Program-made: the position numbers and the translations under genes | Part shown: one piece after another, positions 9,821-17,517 of the stretch | Layout of the letters: every line of letters starts with the position of its first letter | Position numbering within the stretch: the stretch's first letter is position 1 | Assembly (NCBI GenBank): GCA_030643145.1 | Contig: DAOWMJ010000002.1 | Coordinates: 1-32,176, forward strand | Reading direction: 5' to 3' | Origin: Candidatus Latescibacterota bacterium | Lineage (GTDB): Bacteria > Krumholzibacteriota > Krumholzibacteriia > Krumholzibacteriales > WJIX01 | Length of the DNA stretch: 32,176 bases | The notes under the pieces: model-generated | The model's input: only the letters and a program-made list of their open reading frames with translations | What the model was told of the DNA's origin: nothing | Database searches by the model: none

Positions 9821-10703
9821 AATAGATCCTGAATATGCACTGAGGCGCGATGTAAAAAGGATCAACGAGAAAATAAATAGTATTTTGCCACCGGATAACC
9901 AAAAACCAATTTCTCTTCATAGAGCAATGCGTCACTCGACCCTTAGTGGAGGCAAAAGAATCAGAGGACTTTTATGCCTCTGGTCACATGAGGTAAATGG
10001 GCAAAGATATCCAGCTTCGGCTTTGAAAGCAGCGTGTGCGATTGAATTATTACACACGTATACCTTAATTCATGATGATTTGCCAAGCCTGGATGATGAT
10101 GACATTAGAAGGGGTAAACCTTCATGTCATATTAAATACGGACCGGCTGTAGCTATTCTAGCAGGTGATGCCCTTCAGACTCTTGCTTTTGAAACACTTG
10201 TTGGCTGTGAGGAAGCGCCTTATGAAAATATCATTCGCGCGGCAAGGATCCTTTCCCGATCAGCAGGTTCTTACCATCTTGTCGGTGGGCAGGTCGCTGA
10301 CATAGAGAGTGAAGGGGCTTCTCTTTCACCCGAAAAAGTTGAATTTATTCATTCCAACAAAACTGCAGAATTAATTGCCGCATCACTTTCAATAGGAGCC
10401 ATTTTATCGGAGGGGGAAGGTGAAAAAAGAAAGAAGATGTACCAAATAGGGAAAAAGATTGGTTTGGCCTTTCAAATAGTTGATGATCTAATTGATCTTG
10501 AAGGAGATGCCGAAATTGTTGGAAAGGCTTTGAGGAAAGACGCGCAAAAAGGAAAAGTTACATATCCCGCGGTTTATGGAATTGAAGGGTCAAAAAGGCA
10601 GGCGAGGAAACTTGTTCGCGAAGCAATTAATGGGCTTAAAAATTACTCCGATACAGTTAAACTGGAATTTCTTTTTAATCGGATTTTGAAACGGATTAGG
10701 TAA
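9813..10703 (+). CDS. ispA: Short-chain (E)-polyprenyl diphosphate synthase (FPP/GGPP synthase type)
   Basis: The first Asp-rich motif LIHDDLPSLDDDDIRRGKP and the second motif FQIVDDLIDL are present. It sits in the xseB-ispA-dxs context. The ORF track starts at TTG 9810; ATG 9813 is the likely start. Confidence 0.9.
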   Translation: MNRIDPEYALRRDVKRINEKINSILPPDNQKPISLHRAMRHSTLSGGKRIRGLLCLWSHEVNGQRYPASALKAACAIELLHTYTLIHDDLPSLDDDDIRRGKPSCHIKYGPAVAILAGDALQTLAFETLVGCEEAPYENIIRAARILSRSAGSYHLVGGQVADIESEGASLSPEKVEFIHSNKTAELIAASLSIGAILSEGEGEKRKKMYQIGKKIGLAFQIVDDLIDLEGDAEIVGKALRKDAQKGKVTYPAVYGIEGSKRQARKLVREAINGLKNYSDTVKLEFLFNRILKRIR

Positions 10704-10704
10704 C

Positions 10705-11145
10705 ATGATAAGAACGCTTCTTTACAGGTACACTTTCCTGGTCCCAATACTGGTTGGTTTGCTGGTTCAAATTCTTAAAGTGTTTGTTTATTCCTTCGTA
10801 AACATGAAAATTGATTATGGCAGGATATTGAATGCTAATGGTATGCCAAATTTGAATTCAGCCGTGTTTGGTTCGCTATCGATGAGTATAGGAATAAAAT
10901 ACGGTTATTCAACTTTACTATTTTCTGTGGTAACAGCCTATAGTATGATAATTATGCACGATACAATTAGATTGAAAAGAGAAAAAGAGAAACAAACAAA
11001 TCTAATCAATTTAATTATTGCGAACGTGAATGAATTCAGAAACGTTAGAGAAGGGAAAGCAAGAAGGGTCTTGCAAATACGAATATTTGATATAGCCGCG
11101 GGAGCTATATTGGGTGTATTGATTACATACCTTTTGGTTTATTAA
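10705..11145 (+). CDS. DUF212 / divergent PAP2-like integral membrane protein with degenerate catalytic motifs
   Basis: 146 aa with about 4 hydrophobic helices. NGMPNLNSA aligns with the DUF212 signature that I recall as GGMPSSHSA. MHDTIRLKRE aligns with the M(Y/F)DAxGVRR region. The C-terminal FDIAAGAILGVLI aligns with the GHTPxEVxxGAxLG region. Confidence 0.55.
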   Translation: MIRTLLYRYTFLVPILVGLLVQILKVFVYSFVNMKIDYGRILNANGMPNLNSAVFGSLSMSIGIKYGYSTLLFSVVTAYSMIIMHDTIRLKREKEKQTNLINLIIANVNEFRNVREGKARRVLQIRIFDIAAGAILGVLITYLLVY

Positions 11146-11165
11146 CACAGGAGGCTGATTTATTA

Positions 11166-13037
11166 ATGCTGGAAAATATTAACAGTCCTTTAGACATAAA
11201 AAAATATTCAATACCTGAATTGAAAAATTTAAGTGATGAGCTAAGAAAATATATAATTGAAATAGTATCGAAGAGGGGCGGGCATCTTGCTTCGAGCCTG
11301 GGATGTGTGGAAATTATCATAGCACTGCATTATGTATTTGACGCTCCAAAGGATAAGATTATCTGGGATGTCGGTCATCAAGCATACGCGCACAAAATAA
11401 TCACAGGACGGAGGGAAGCTTTCAGGAAGCTTCGTAAATATGAAGGAATAAGCGGATTTCCGAACATCTTTGAAAGTGAATACGATACATTCGGAGTCGG
11501 CCATGCGGGTACCGCTATATCAGCCGCTCTTGGTTTCGCTGTGGGCAGGGATATTAAGGGGGATGATAATTTTGTTATCAGTGTTGTTGGTGACGGAGCA
11601 ATATCATCCGGGTTAGCTTTCGAGGGAATCAATCAAACGGGACACCTAGGGAAAAACAAATTTGTTATTGTATTAAATGATAATGAAATGTCTATATCGA
11701 GGAATGTTGGAGCATTGGCGAAATACCTAACAAAAATTACAACCGGACAGTTGTATCTTCAGATTGAGAAGGATGTTTGGGAACTTATGGGCAAGATTCC
11801 AACTTTGGGTGGAAAAGCTCAGAAAATTGCCGGTAAGATAAAGGAAAGTATCAAAAATCTAATTGTGCCGAATATGTTTTTTGAAGATCTGGGGTTTAAT
11901 TATTTCGGCCCCATTGATGGCCATGATTTATATCAATTGATAAATACATTTTCAAAGATAAGAAATATAAAGGGACCCGTTTTTATACATGCCGTTACAA
12001 AAAAGGGTAAAGGGTATTCCTACGCTGAGGAAAACGCGGAGAAATTTCACGGTGTCGGAGAATTTTATAAGGCTACTGGGGGATCGAAGGCAAAATCAGA
12101 AAAGAAAAAGTACAGTGACGTTTTTGGAGATACCATTATAGATATTGCAAGAAAGGATGGAAAAGTAGTAGTAATTACCGCTGCCATGAAACAGGGCACG
12201 GGACTCGTGAATTTTGCTGAAGAGTTTCCTGACAGGTTCTTTGATGTTGGTATATGCGAACAGCACGCGGTCACATTTGCTGCCGGCTTGGCTAGAGAAG
12301 GATTCAAACCTTTTGTAGATATCTATTCCACATTTCTTCAAAGAAGCCTTGATCAAATAATTCATGATGTCGCTTTGCAGAAATTACCGGTACGGTTCTT
12401 ATTGGACAGAGCTGGGATTGTGGGTGAGGATGGTCCAACTCATCACGGCAATTTTGATCTTAGTTATCTGCGGATGATTCCAGGAATTGTTATTATGGCT
12501 TCTTCGGATGAAGAAGAAATGGGAAGGATGATTTATAATTTATATAATTTTGAAAATGGGCCGTCAGCGCTCCGTTTTCCCAGAGGAAGAGTTAAGGGTA
12601 TTGAGTTTTCTGAAAAAAAGGAAGCCCTGCAATTTGGAAAAGGAGTTTTGATAAAGAAGGGAAAAGACGCTTCAATTTTAGCGGTTGGAAGCATGGTTGA
12701 TGTCGCGATAAAAGCAGGTGCCCTTCTCCTGGAGAATGGTGTAGATACGACCGTGGCAAACGCGAGGTTTGTTAAACCGATTGACAGGAATTTGATAGCT
12801 GAATGTTGTGAAGGAGGCGCACCGATATTCACTATTGAGGAAAATGCGGTTATTGGAGGTTTTGGAGATGCGGTATCTGAGGTCTTATCTGAATACGGAT
12901 TGAGAAATCTTCATCGAAGGATCGGGATACCGGATAATTTTGTTCCTCATGGGAAAAGGGATGAATTACTTGCCTCTATTAATTTAACCCCGGAAGGCGT
13001 GGCAACTGACGTACAATTATTTTTGAAAAAGAGCTAA
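11166..13037 (+). CDS. dxs: 1-deoxy-D-xylulose-5-phosphate synthase
   Basis: 623 aa with motifs GGHLASSLG, WDVGHQAYAHKI, GDGAISSGLAFEG (TPP binding), GICEQHAVTFAAGLA and DRAGIVGEDGPTHHG. Confidence 0.97.
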   Translation: MLENINSPLDIKKYSIPELKNLSDELRKYIIEIVSKRGGHLASSLGCVEIIIALHYVFDAPKDKIIWDVGHQAYAHKIITGRREAFRKLRKYEGISGFPNIFESEYDTFGVGHAGTAISAALGFAVGRDIKGDDNFVISVVGDGAISSGLAFEGINQTGHLGKNKFVIVLNDNEMSISRNVGALAKYLTKITTGQLYLQIEKDVWELMGKIPTLGGKAQKIAGKIKESIKNLIVPNMFFEDLGFNYFGPIDGHDLYQLINTFSKIRNIKGPVFIHAVTKKGKGYSYAEENAEKFHGVGEFYKATGGSKAKSEKKKYSDVFGDTIIDIARKDGKVVVITAAMKQGTGLVNFAEEFPDRFFDVGICEQHAVTFAAGLAREGFKPFVDIYSTFLQRSLDQIIHDVALQKLPVRFLLDRAGIVGEDGPTHHGNFDLSYLRMIPGIVIMASSDEEEMGRMIYNLYNFENGPSALRFPRGRVKGIEFSEKKEALQFGKGVLIKKGKDASILAVGSMVDVAIKAGALLLENGVDTTVANARFVKPIDRNLIAECCEGGAPIFTIEENAVIGGFGDAVSEVLSEYGLRNLHRRIGIPDNFVPHGKRDELLASINLTPEGVATDVQLFLKKS

Positions 13038-13063
13038 AAGTTTTACCTGGGAAGGTAGGAAAA

Positions 13064-13921
13064 ATGAAAATTGAGAAATTGGGAATCATTGCTAATATGA
13101 AGAAAAAAGCAATTAATTCCATTATTTCAGAAGCAATAGAGATTATCCCCGATAAGGTAGAACTATTTGGAAACAGAGCTCTTTCACAGCTTCCAGGTAA
13201 GGATAAGATAATGTTTTCGGAATCGTTCAAGGGTTGCGACGCAGTAGTTGCTTTTGGTGGAGACGGCACTATTCTGACGGCAGCTAGAATGATTGAGAAA
13301 GATGAAATCCCGCTTCTTGGAATAAAAATTCGGAGCTTGGGATTTCTTGCTGAGGATAATCTTGAAAGAGCACTAAACGCCCTTTTTAACGGAAGATGCG
13401 AGATACAGGAAAGAATGAGGCTTGAAGTAAAACATGGAAATACCGGAGGCAAAGATAAGGTTACAGCGCTAAATGATATTGTTATTCACGGTGTTGGATT
13501 ATCGAGGGTGTTGCATATCAAAATCAGTATTGGCGGCACTCTCCTTGGAGAATATTTGTCAGATGGGGTTATTATATCTACTCCGACAGGTTCGACGGCA
13601 TATTCTCTGGCAGCGGGTGGGCCGATCGTTACCCCAGTTGGAATGGAGGCTTTCGTAATTACACCTCTATGCCCACATTCCCTTTCGGTAAGACCGGTTG
13701 TTATTAGTGGGGAAGAATCTTTCAATGTGAAAGTTATTGAATCAGCCGAGAAGATTTTTATTACAATTGACGGGCAGGAAACACGTGAGCTTCGGGTAGG
13801 TGAAACACTAGATTTTTGTAGAAGCAAAAGAAATACAAAATTAATTGTGACTGAAAATTATAATTTCTATGGTCTCGTTCGGAGAAAGTTAAAATGGGGA
13901 GGGGTTTTAAGGAAGCGTTAA
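13064..13921 (+). CDS. nadK: NAD(+) kinase
   Basis: Motifs GGDGTILTAAR, ALNDIVI, DGVIISTPTGSTAYSLAAGGPIV and ITPLCPHSLSVRPVV are present. Confidence 0.92.
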   Translation: MKIEKLGIIANMKKKAINSIISEAIEIIPDKVELFGNRALSQLPGKDKIMFSESFKGCDAVVAFGGDGTILTAARMIEKDEIPLLGIKIRSLGFLAEDNLERALNALFNGRCEIQERMRLEVKHGNTGGKDKVTALNDIVIHGVGLSRVLHIKISIGGTLLGEYLSDGVIISTPTGSTAYSLAAGGPIVTPVGMEAFVITPLCPHSLSVRPVVISGEESFNVKVIESAEKIFITIDGQETRELRVGETLDFCRSKRNTKLIVTENYNFYGLVRRKLKWGGVLRKR

Positions 13922-13938
13922 GCTTTATAATATTTAAA

Positions 13939-15639
13939 ATGATTTGTGAATTAAGAATCAAGAATCTGGCTGTTGTTGAAGATACAGTCCTGAAATTAAG
14001 TGATGGATTGAATGTATTAACAGGATCAACAGGCGCCGGCAAGTCGATTATCTTAACTGCTGTTTCCTTGCTGTCAGGAAGCAGAGCCAGGAAAACTTTG
14101 ATTAGAAAAGGAGCCGAAGATTTACTTGTGGAGGGAACTTTCAAGATCCCAAAAGATTGGCCAATGAAGGATCTTCTTGGCATGGATAGCGATGATGACT
14201 TACTTCTAATTAGACGGCAAATTAGCGCGAAGGGGAAAAATCGCATCTGGATTAATGGTATTCTATCGGCAAATTCAACAGCAAAAAGAATAACCGGAAA
14301 GCTTTTTGAGCTTCATGGTCAACATAAACAGCAAGAACTTCTAAACCCCGATTCCCATATTGATTATTTTGATAACAGGGGTGATTATGATTGCCTGCTA
14401 AAAAATTGTGAGGAAAAGGTAAAAGAATTCAGGATATTTTATAACGGGTTGATGAAGTTGAAAGAAGAGGAGAATAGTAACAGGGAAAAGAAAGATTTTC
14501 TTGAGTATCAGTATAAAGAGTTGAAAAAATTAAATCTACTGCCTGGATTAAAGGATGTAATGAAGAAGAAGATTATTAAAGCTGAGAATATTCACAAATT
14601 TATGTCAGCTCTCCAAAAATCAAGAGATCTTCTTGAAAATTCAAATGAAAACGTAATTGATAATCTTGGAAGAATTTCTAAAGAACTCCAGAGCTTGTCG
14701 TCGATAGATAATAAATGGGGGAAAGCTGTCTCAAAAATTGAAGAAGTAGTATTAGAACTAAATGAGATCATAATGGAGATAGAACGTTCTCTAGAGGATA
14801 CCCCACTTGAATCTGAAGATATTGAAGCCCTGCAGGAAAGGATTGCGCTGATTCAAAGCGCTGAAAGGAAATATAACAGGAACTACGATGAATTAATTGA
14901 ATACAGAGACTACCTGAAAGTGACTTTAAAAAATTTAAAAGAAGGATCCGATGAAATCATAGAAAAGAGGTTAAAGTTAGAAGAGATTAAAAGTAAACTT
15001 ATTCCAATCCTGGAGGAAGTAAGCATCAAAAGGAAAAATAACGCTGACATACTCGATAGAGAAGTAACAGAGGAATTAAAACAACTTGGTATAAAAGGCG
15101 CGTTGTTTAATACAAAAATAAATCAAATGAGAATAAAATCTTTATATAGTGAGGATTATGAGTTAGATTTGCCACTGAAGGGGTGGGACAGTGTTGAGTT
15201 TATGTTAAGAACAAACATAGGAGAAGAGATACAGCCACTATGTGAGATAGTTTCGGGGGGGGAACTCTCAAGGGTAACTTTGGTTCTGAGAAGTTTGTTG
15301 GTCGAGAAAAAGAGTATTCCAACTCTGATATTTGATGAAATTGATGCCGGGCTTGGAGCAGATATCGGTAAAAAGGTATCTGAAAAAATGAAGAAACTTT
15401 CTAAATGCTACCAGCTTATTTGCATTACGCATCTTCCGCAGATAGCGGCAGGGGCGCAGCAACACATCGTGATTAAAAAGAATGTTAGAAAAGGAAGAAC
15501 AATTTCATCAGCATTTCAGATAAAAGGAAAGCAAAGGGTAGTTGAGATAGCAAGAATGCTCGGTGGAGAAGAGGGTTTAAGCTTTGAACTGGCATCGGAA
15601 CTTGTAAATGAAAAAAGCGCCCGTAGCTCAGCTGGATAG
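13939..15639 (+). CDS. recN: DNA repair protein RecN
   Basis: The N-terminus from ATG 13939 reads MICELRIKNLAVVED...LTGSTGAGKSII (Walker A). A long coiled coil follows, then SGGELSRVTL (signature) and LIFDEIDAGLG (Walker B). The ORF-track start at 13894 adds 15 non-conserved residues and overlaps nadK. The stop TAG 15637-15639 lies inside the tRNA gene. Confidence 0.92.
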   Translation: MICELRIKNLAVVEDTVLKLSDGLNVLTGSTGAGKSIILTAVSLLSGSRARKTLIRKGAEDLLVEGTFKIPKDWPMKDLLGMDSDDDLLLIRRQISAKGKNRIWINGILSANSTAKRITGKLFELHGQHKQQELLNPDSHIDYFDNRGDYDCLLKNCEEKVKEFRIFYNGLMKLKEEENSNREKKDFLEYQYKELKKLNLLPGLKDVMKKKIIKAENIHKFMSALQKSRDLLENSNENVIDNLGRISKELQSLSSIDNKWGKAVSKIEEVVLELNEIIMEIERSLEDTPLESEDIEALQERIALIQSAERKYNRNYDELIEYRDYLKVTLKNLKEGSDEIIEKRLKLEEIKSKLIPILEEVSIKRKNNADILDREVTEELKQLGIKGALFNTKINQMRIKSLYSEDYELDLPLKGWDSVEFMLRTNIGEEIQPLCEIVSGGELSRVTLVLRSLLVEKKSIPTLIFDEIDAGLGADIGKKVSEKMKKLSKCYQLICITHLPQIAAGAQQHIVIKKNVRKGRTISSAFQIKGKQRVVEIARMLGGEEGLSFELASELVNEKSARSSAG

Positions 15640-15690
15640 AGCACCGGCCTCCGGAGCCGGGTGTCAGAGGTTCGAATCCTCCCGGGCGCG
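15617..15690 (+). tRNA. tRNA-Arg (anticodon CCG)
   Basis: A cloverleaf can be read by eye. The acceptor stem pairs GCGCCCG with CGGGCGC, and the D-arm is TAGCTCAGCTGGATAGAGCA. The anticodon stem CCGGC/GCCGG carries the loop CTCCGGA (anticodon CCG). The T-loop is TTCGAAT and the discriminator is G. No CCA is encoded. Confidence 0.93.
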
Positions 15691-15773
15691 AAAATCTCAA
15701 TGTTCTTTTGCACTATTACGGCACGAAGGATGATTGTTGTGGAGAGGGTGGACACTGACAAGGGATCGGAACG

Positions 15774-15980
15774 ATGCCATTCTTAAGGATATTTTTTACT
15801 TTTATGATTTTGTATTTCTTTTTCAAATCCCTGAGGAATTTGTTTAAGCCAAATATCAAAAAATCGGAACAATGGGGAAAAAAGAAGAGTAAAAATAGTA
15901 CCGGTTACTATAATGACATGACTGATCAGAAGATCGAAGATGTAGAATATGAAGACGTTGAAACGGAGAACGGCAAATGA
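15774..15980 (+). CDS. DUF4834-like small membrane protein (N-terminal TM, basic linker, acidic VEYEDVE tail)
   Basis: 68 aa: MPFLRIFFTFMILYFFF (TM), a K-rich linker, then the C-terminal IEDVEYEDVETE. This matches the architecture I recall for DUF4834 (ends in ...VDYEEI). Its stop overlaps the next ORF's ATG (ATGA). Confidence 0.45.
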   Translation: MPFLRIFFTFMILYFFFKSLRNLFKPNIKKSEQWGKKKSKNSTGYYNDMTDQKIEDVEYEDVETENGK

Positions 15981-16282
15981 TAATGAGAATAAGACAACCC
16001 AATAGAAGACGATTCAAGTCTAAAGTATTAGAGAAAAGAAAAAGAGAAAGGGAAATTTATTATTCAACATTTTCCGTATTAATTGTAAAAATCATTCTTA
16101 TAGTATTTTTGACTATTTTGCTGTTTGTATCATTCAGAGTATTTTATTACAAATTTCAGGGAAGCCCCTTCATGATAAGATACATGGTTCCGGGATTGGT
16201 GATTATTTTTATAATATGGATGTTATACTCTATCTTTAATAATATAAAGGCGATACGAGAATCATATAAGCCGAAACGATAG
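15977..16282 (+). CDS. Hypothetical 2-TM membrane protein with a strongly basic N-terminus
   Basis: 101 aa. The N-terminus RIRQPNRRRFKSKVLEKRKRERE is followed by two hydrophobic helices. A 4-nt start/stop overlap with the upstream ORF suggests translational coupling. I do not recognise the family. Confidence 0.4.
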   Translation: MIMRIRQPNRRRFKSKVLEKRKREREIYYSTFSVLIVKIILIVFLTILLFVSFRVFYYKFQGSPFMIRYMVPGLVIIFIIWMLYSIFNNIKAIRESYKPKR

Positions 16283-16358
16283 ATTCCATTCTGCTCATTT
16301 CTATCCTGACATTTCTCCTGTTTATAAACGGTTTTAAATACTCTTTTCTATTTAACAA

Positions 16359-16374
16359 TGGCACAGCTTTTGCG
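16359..16374 (+). promoter_or_regulatory. Sigma-54 (-24/-12) promoter
   Basis: TGGCAC-AGCTT-TTGCG matches the TGGCAC-N5-TTGCW consensus at every position except the final W, with exact GG-N10-GC spacing. It lies 43 nt upstream of the GTG start of the GAF-GGDEF gene, in a 134-bp intergenic region. Confidence 0.6.
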
Positions 16375-16416
16375 ACCTGTTCAGTAAGAAAAATATATTA
16401 ATCCGAAGGATTTATT

Positions 16417-17472
16417 GTGCCGCAATGGAAAGATGAAAGAGATGTACTCCTGCACACCTTTTCTGAGATATCAAGTCTTATAAGCTTGGGTAGGGACAGG
16501 AGTATAATATTCAATAAAATTATCAAAAGTGCCCTGGAAATATTGCCCGCGGAAAAAGTTTTCTTAATATTCCATGAGGAAAACAGAATAAAAAAGTATA
16601 AAGTAGAAAAAAAACATGGGGGTCAACGTGTTGATGTTGTTGAAATTCCTGACACTTCAGGAATTTTTAACTGGCTTAGAAGGGAGGTGATGTCGCAGCA
16701 GATAAAGGAAGACGGTGTGTTTTCACTCGATCTGTCACTGTTGGCCGACGAATGCTGGGGCGAACAAGAGAAATTCGGAACAATAATATCAGTGCCCATA
16801 ATGTCAAAACGTTCTGTGTTTGGTGTTATATTGGCATTAAAAGATTCGCGGGAAAAACTTTTCAGTGAACGCGACATATATTTTCTCGAAACATTGGCTA
16901 ATCAAGCTGCTATAGCATTTGAAAACTATTTGCTATACAAAAAGCTTAAATACGAATCAATAACCGATGAATTAACCGGTGTTTACAATTACAGGTTTCT
17001 CTTGCAATCTTTGAGGTTGGAGATAAAAAGGGCACTACGCTTCGGCAGTTTTTTTTCATTCTTGATGCTCGATGTTGATAATTTGAAGGAATATAACGAT
17101 GAGAATGGACATCTCTATGGGAGTAAAGCGCTAAAGGTTATCGCCGGCCTGATAAAAGACAGATGCAGGGAAATTGATATTGTAGCAAAGTATGGGGGGG
17201 ATGAATTCAGTGTCATACTTCCGCATACTGATTTAAAGGGGGCAGAATGTTTGAGCAAGCGTATTCTTGAATCAGTTGACAATTATAACTTTGAGGGGGA
17301 TAAATCGGTAGGCTTGACATGCAGCATCGGAATATCAATGTTTCCGGGTGATTCGCAGAATCTGGAGGAATTAATCAGCAATGCGGACAAAGCACTTTAT
17401 TACGCAAAAGAACAAGGAAAAAATGTCATAAAAACTTACGCGGAAGTTAATAATAAGCTTGAAACATTTTAA
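16417..17472 (+). CDS. GAF-domain diguanylate cyclase (GGDEF)
   Basis: An N-terminal GAF-like domain (ISVPIMSKRSVFGVILAL...LANQAAIAFEN) precedes a GGDEF domain (DELTGVYNYRF, MLDVDNLKEYND, YGGDEFSVILP). An intact I-site RxxD (REID) lies five residues before GGDEF. Confidence 0.9.
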   Translation: MPQWKDERDVLLHTFSEISSLISLGRDRSIIFNKIIKSALEILPAEKVFLIFHEENRIKKYKVEKKHGGQRVDVVEIPDTSGIFNWLRREVMSQQIKEDGVFSLDLSLLADECWGEQEKFGTIISVPIMSKRSVFGVILALKDSREKLFSERDIYFLETLANQAAIAFENYLLYKKLKYESITDELTGVYNYRFLLQSLRLEIKRALRFGSFFSFLMLDVDNLKEYNDENGHLYGSKALKVIAGLIKDRCREIDIVAKYGGDEFSVILPHTDLKGAECLSKRILESVDNYNFEGDKSVGLTCSIGISMFPGDSQNLEELISNADKALYYAKEQGKNVIKTYAEVNNKLETF

Positions 17473-17517
17473 CAATTCAGCCAAACTGTTGTTGGGCTGT
17501 TTCAATATGGAGGTATT

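Noticed and set aside
12979-14246. Long minus-strand ORFs (12979-13452, 13486-13827, 13761-14246) and similar ones elsewhere (e.g. 7686-8009, 28335-28682, 30436-30840).
   Set aside because: Each lies entirely antisense to a plus-strand gene with strong family motifs (nadK, recN, folD, the regulator, holA). Their products are low-complexity, with no recognisable domains or upstream signals. They are typical shadow ORFs.
16320-16329. Palindrome GTTTATAAAC about 30 nt upstream of the first sigma-54 promoter as an activator site.
   Set aside because: It is short, purely AT-rich in its core and too close to the -24 element for a typical enhancer. It is plausibly a chance occurrence or an IHF-like bend. 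It is mentioned under the promoter finding only.
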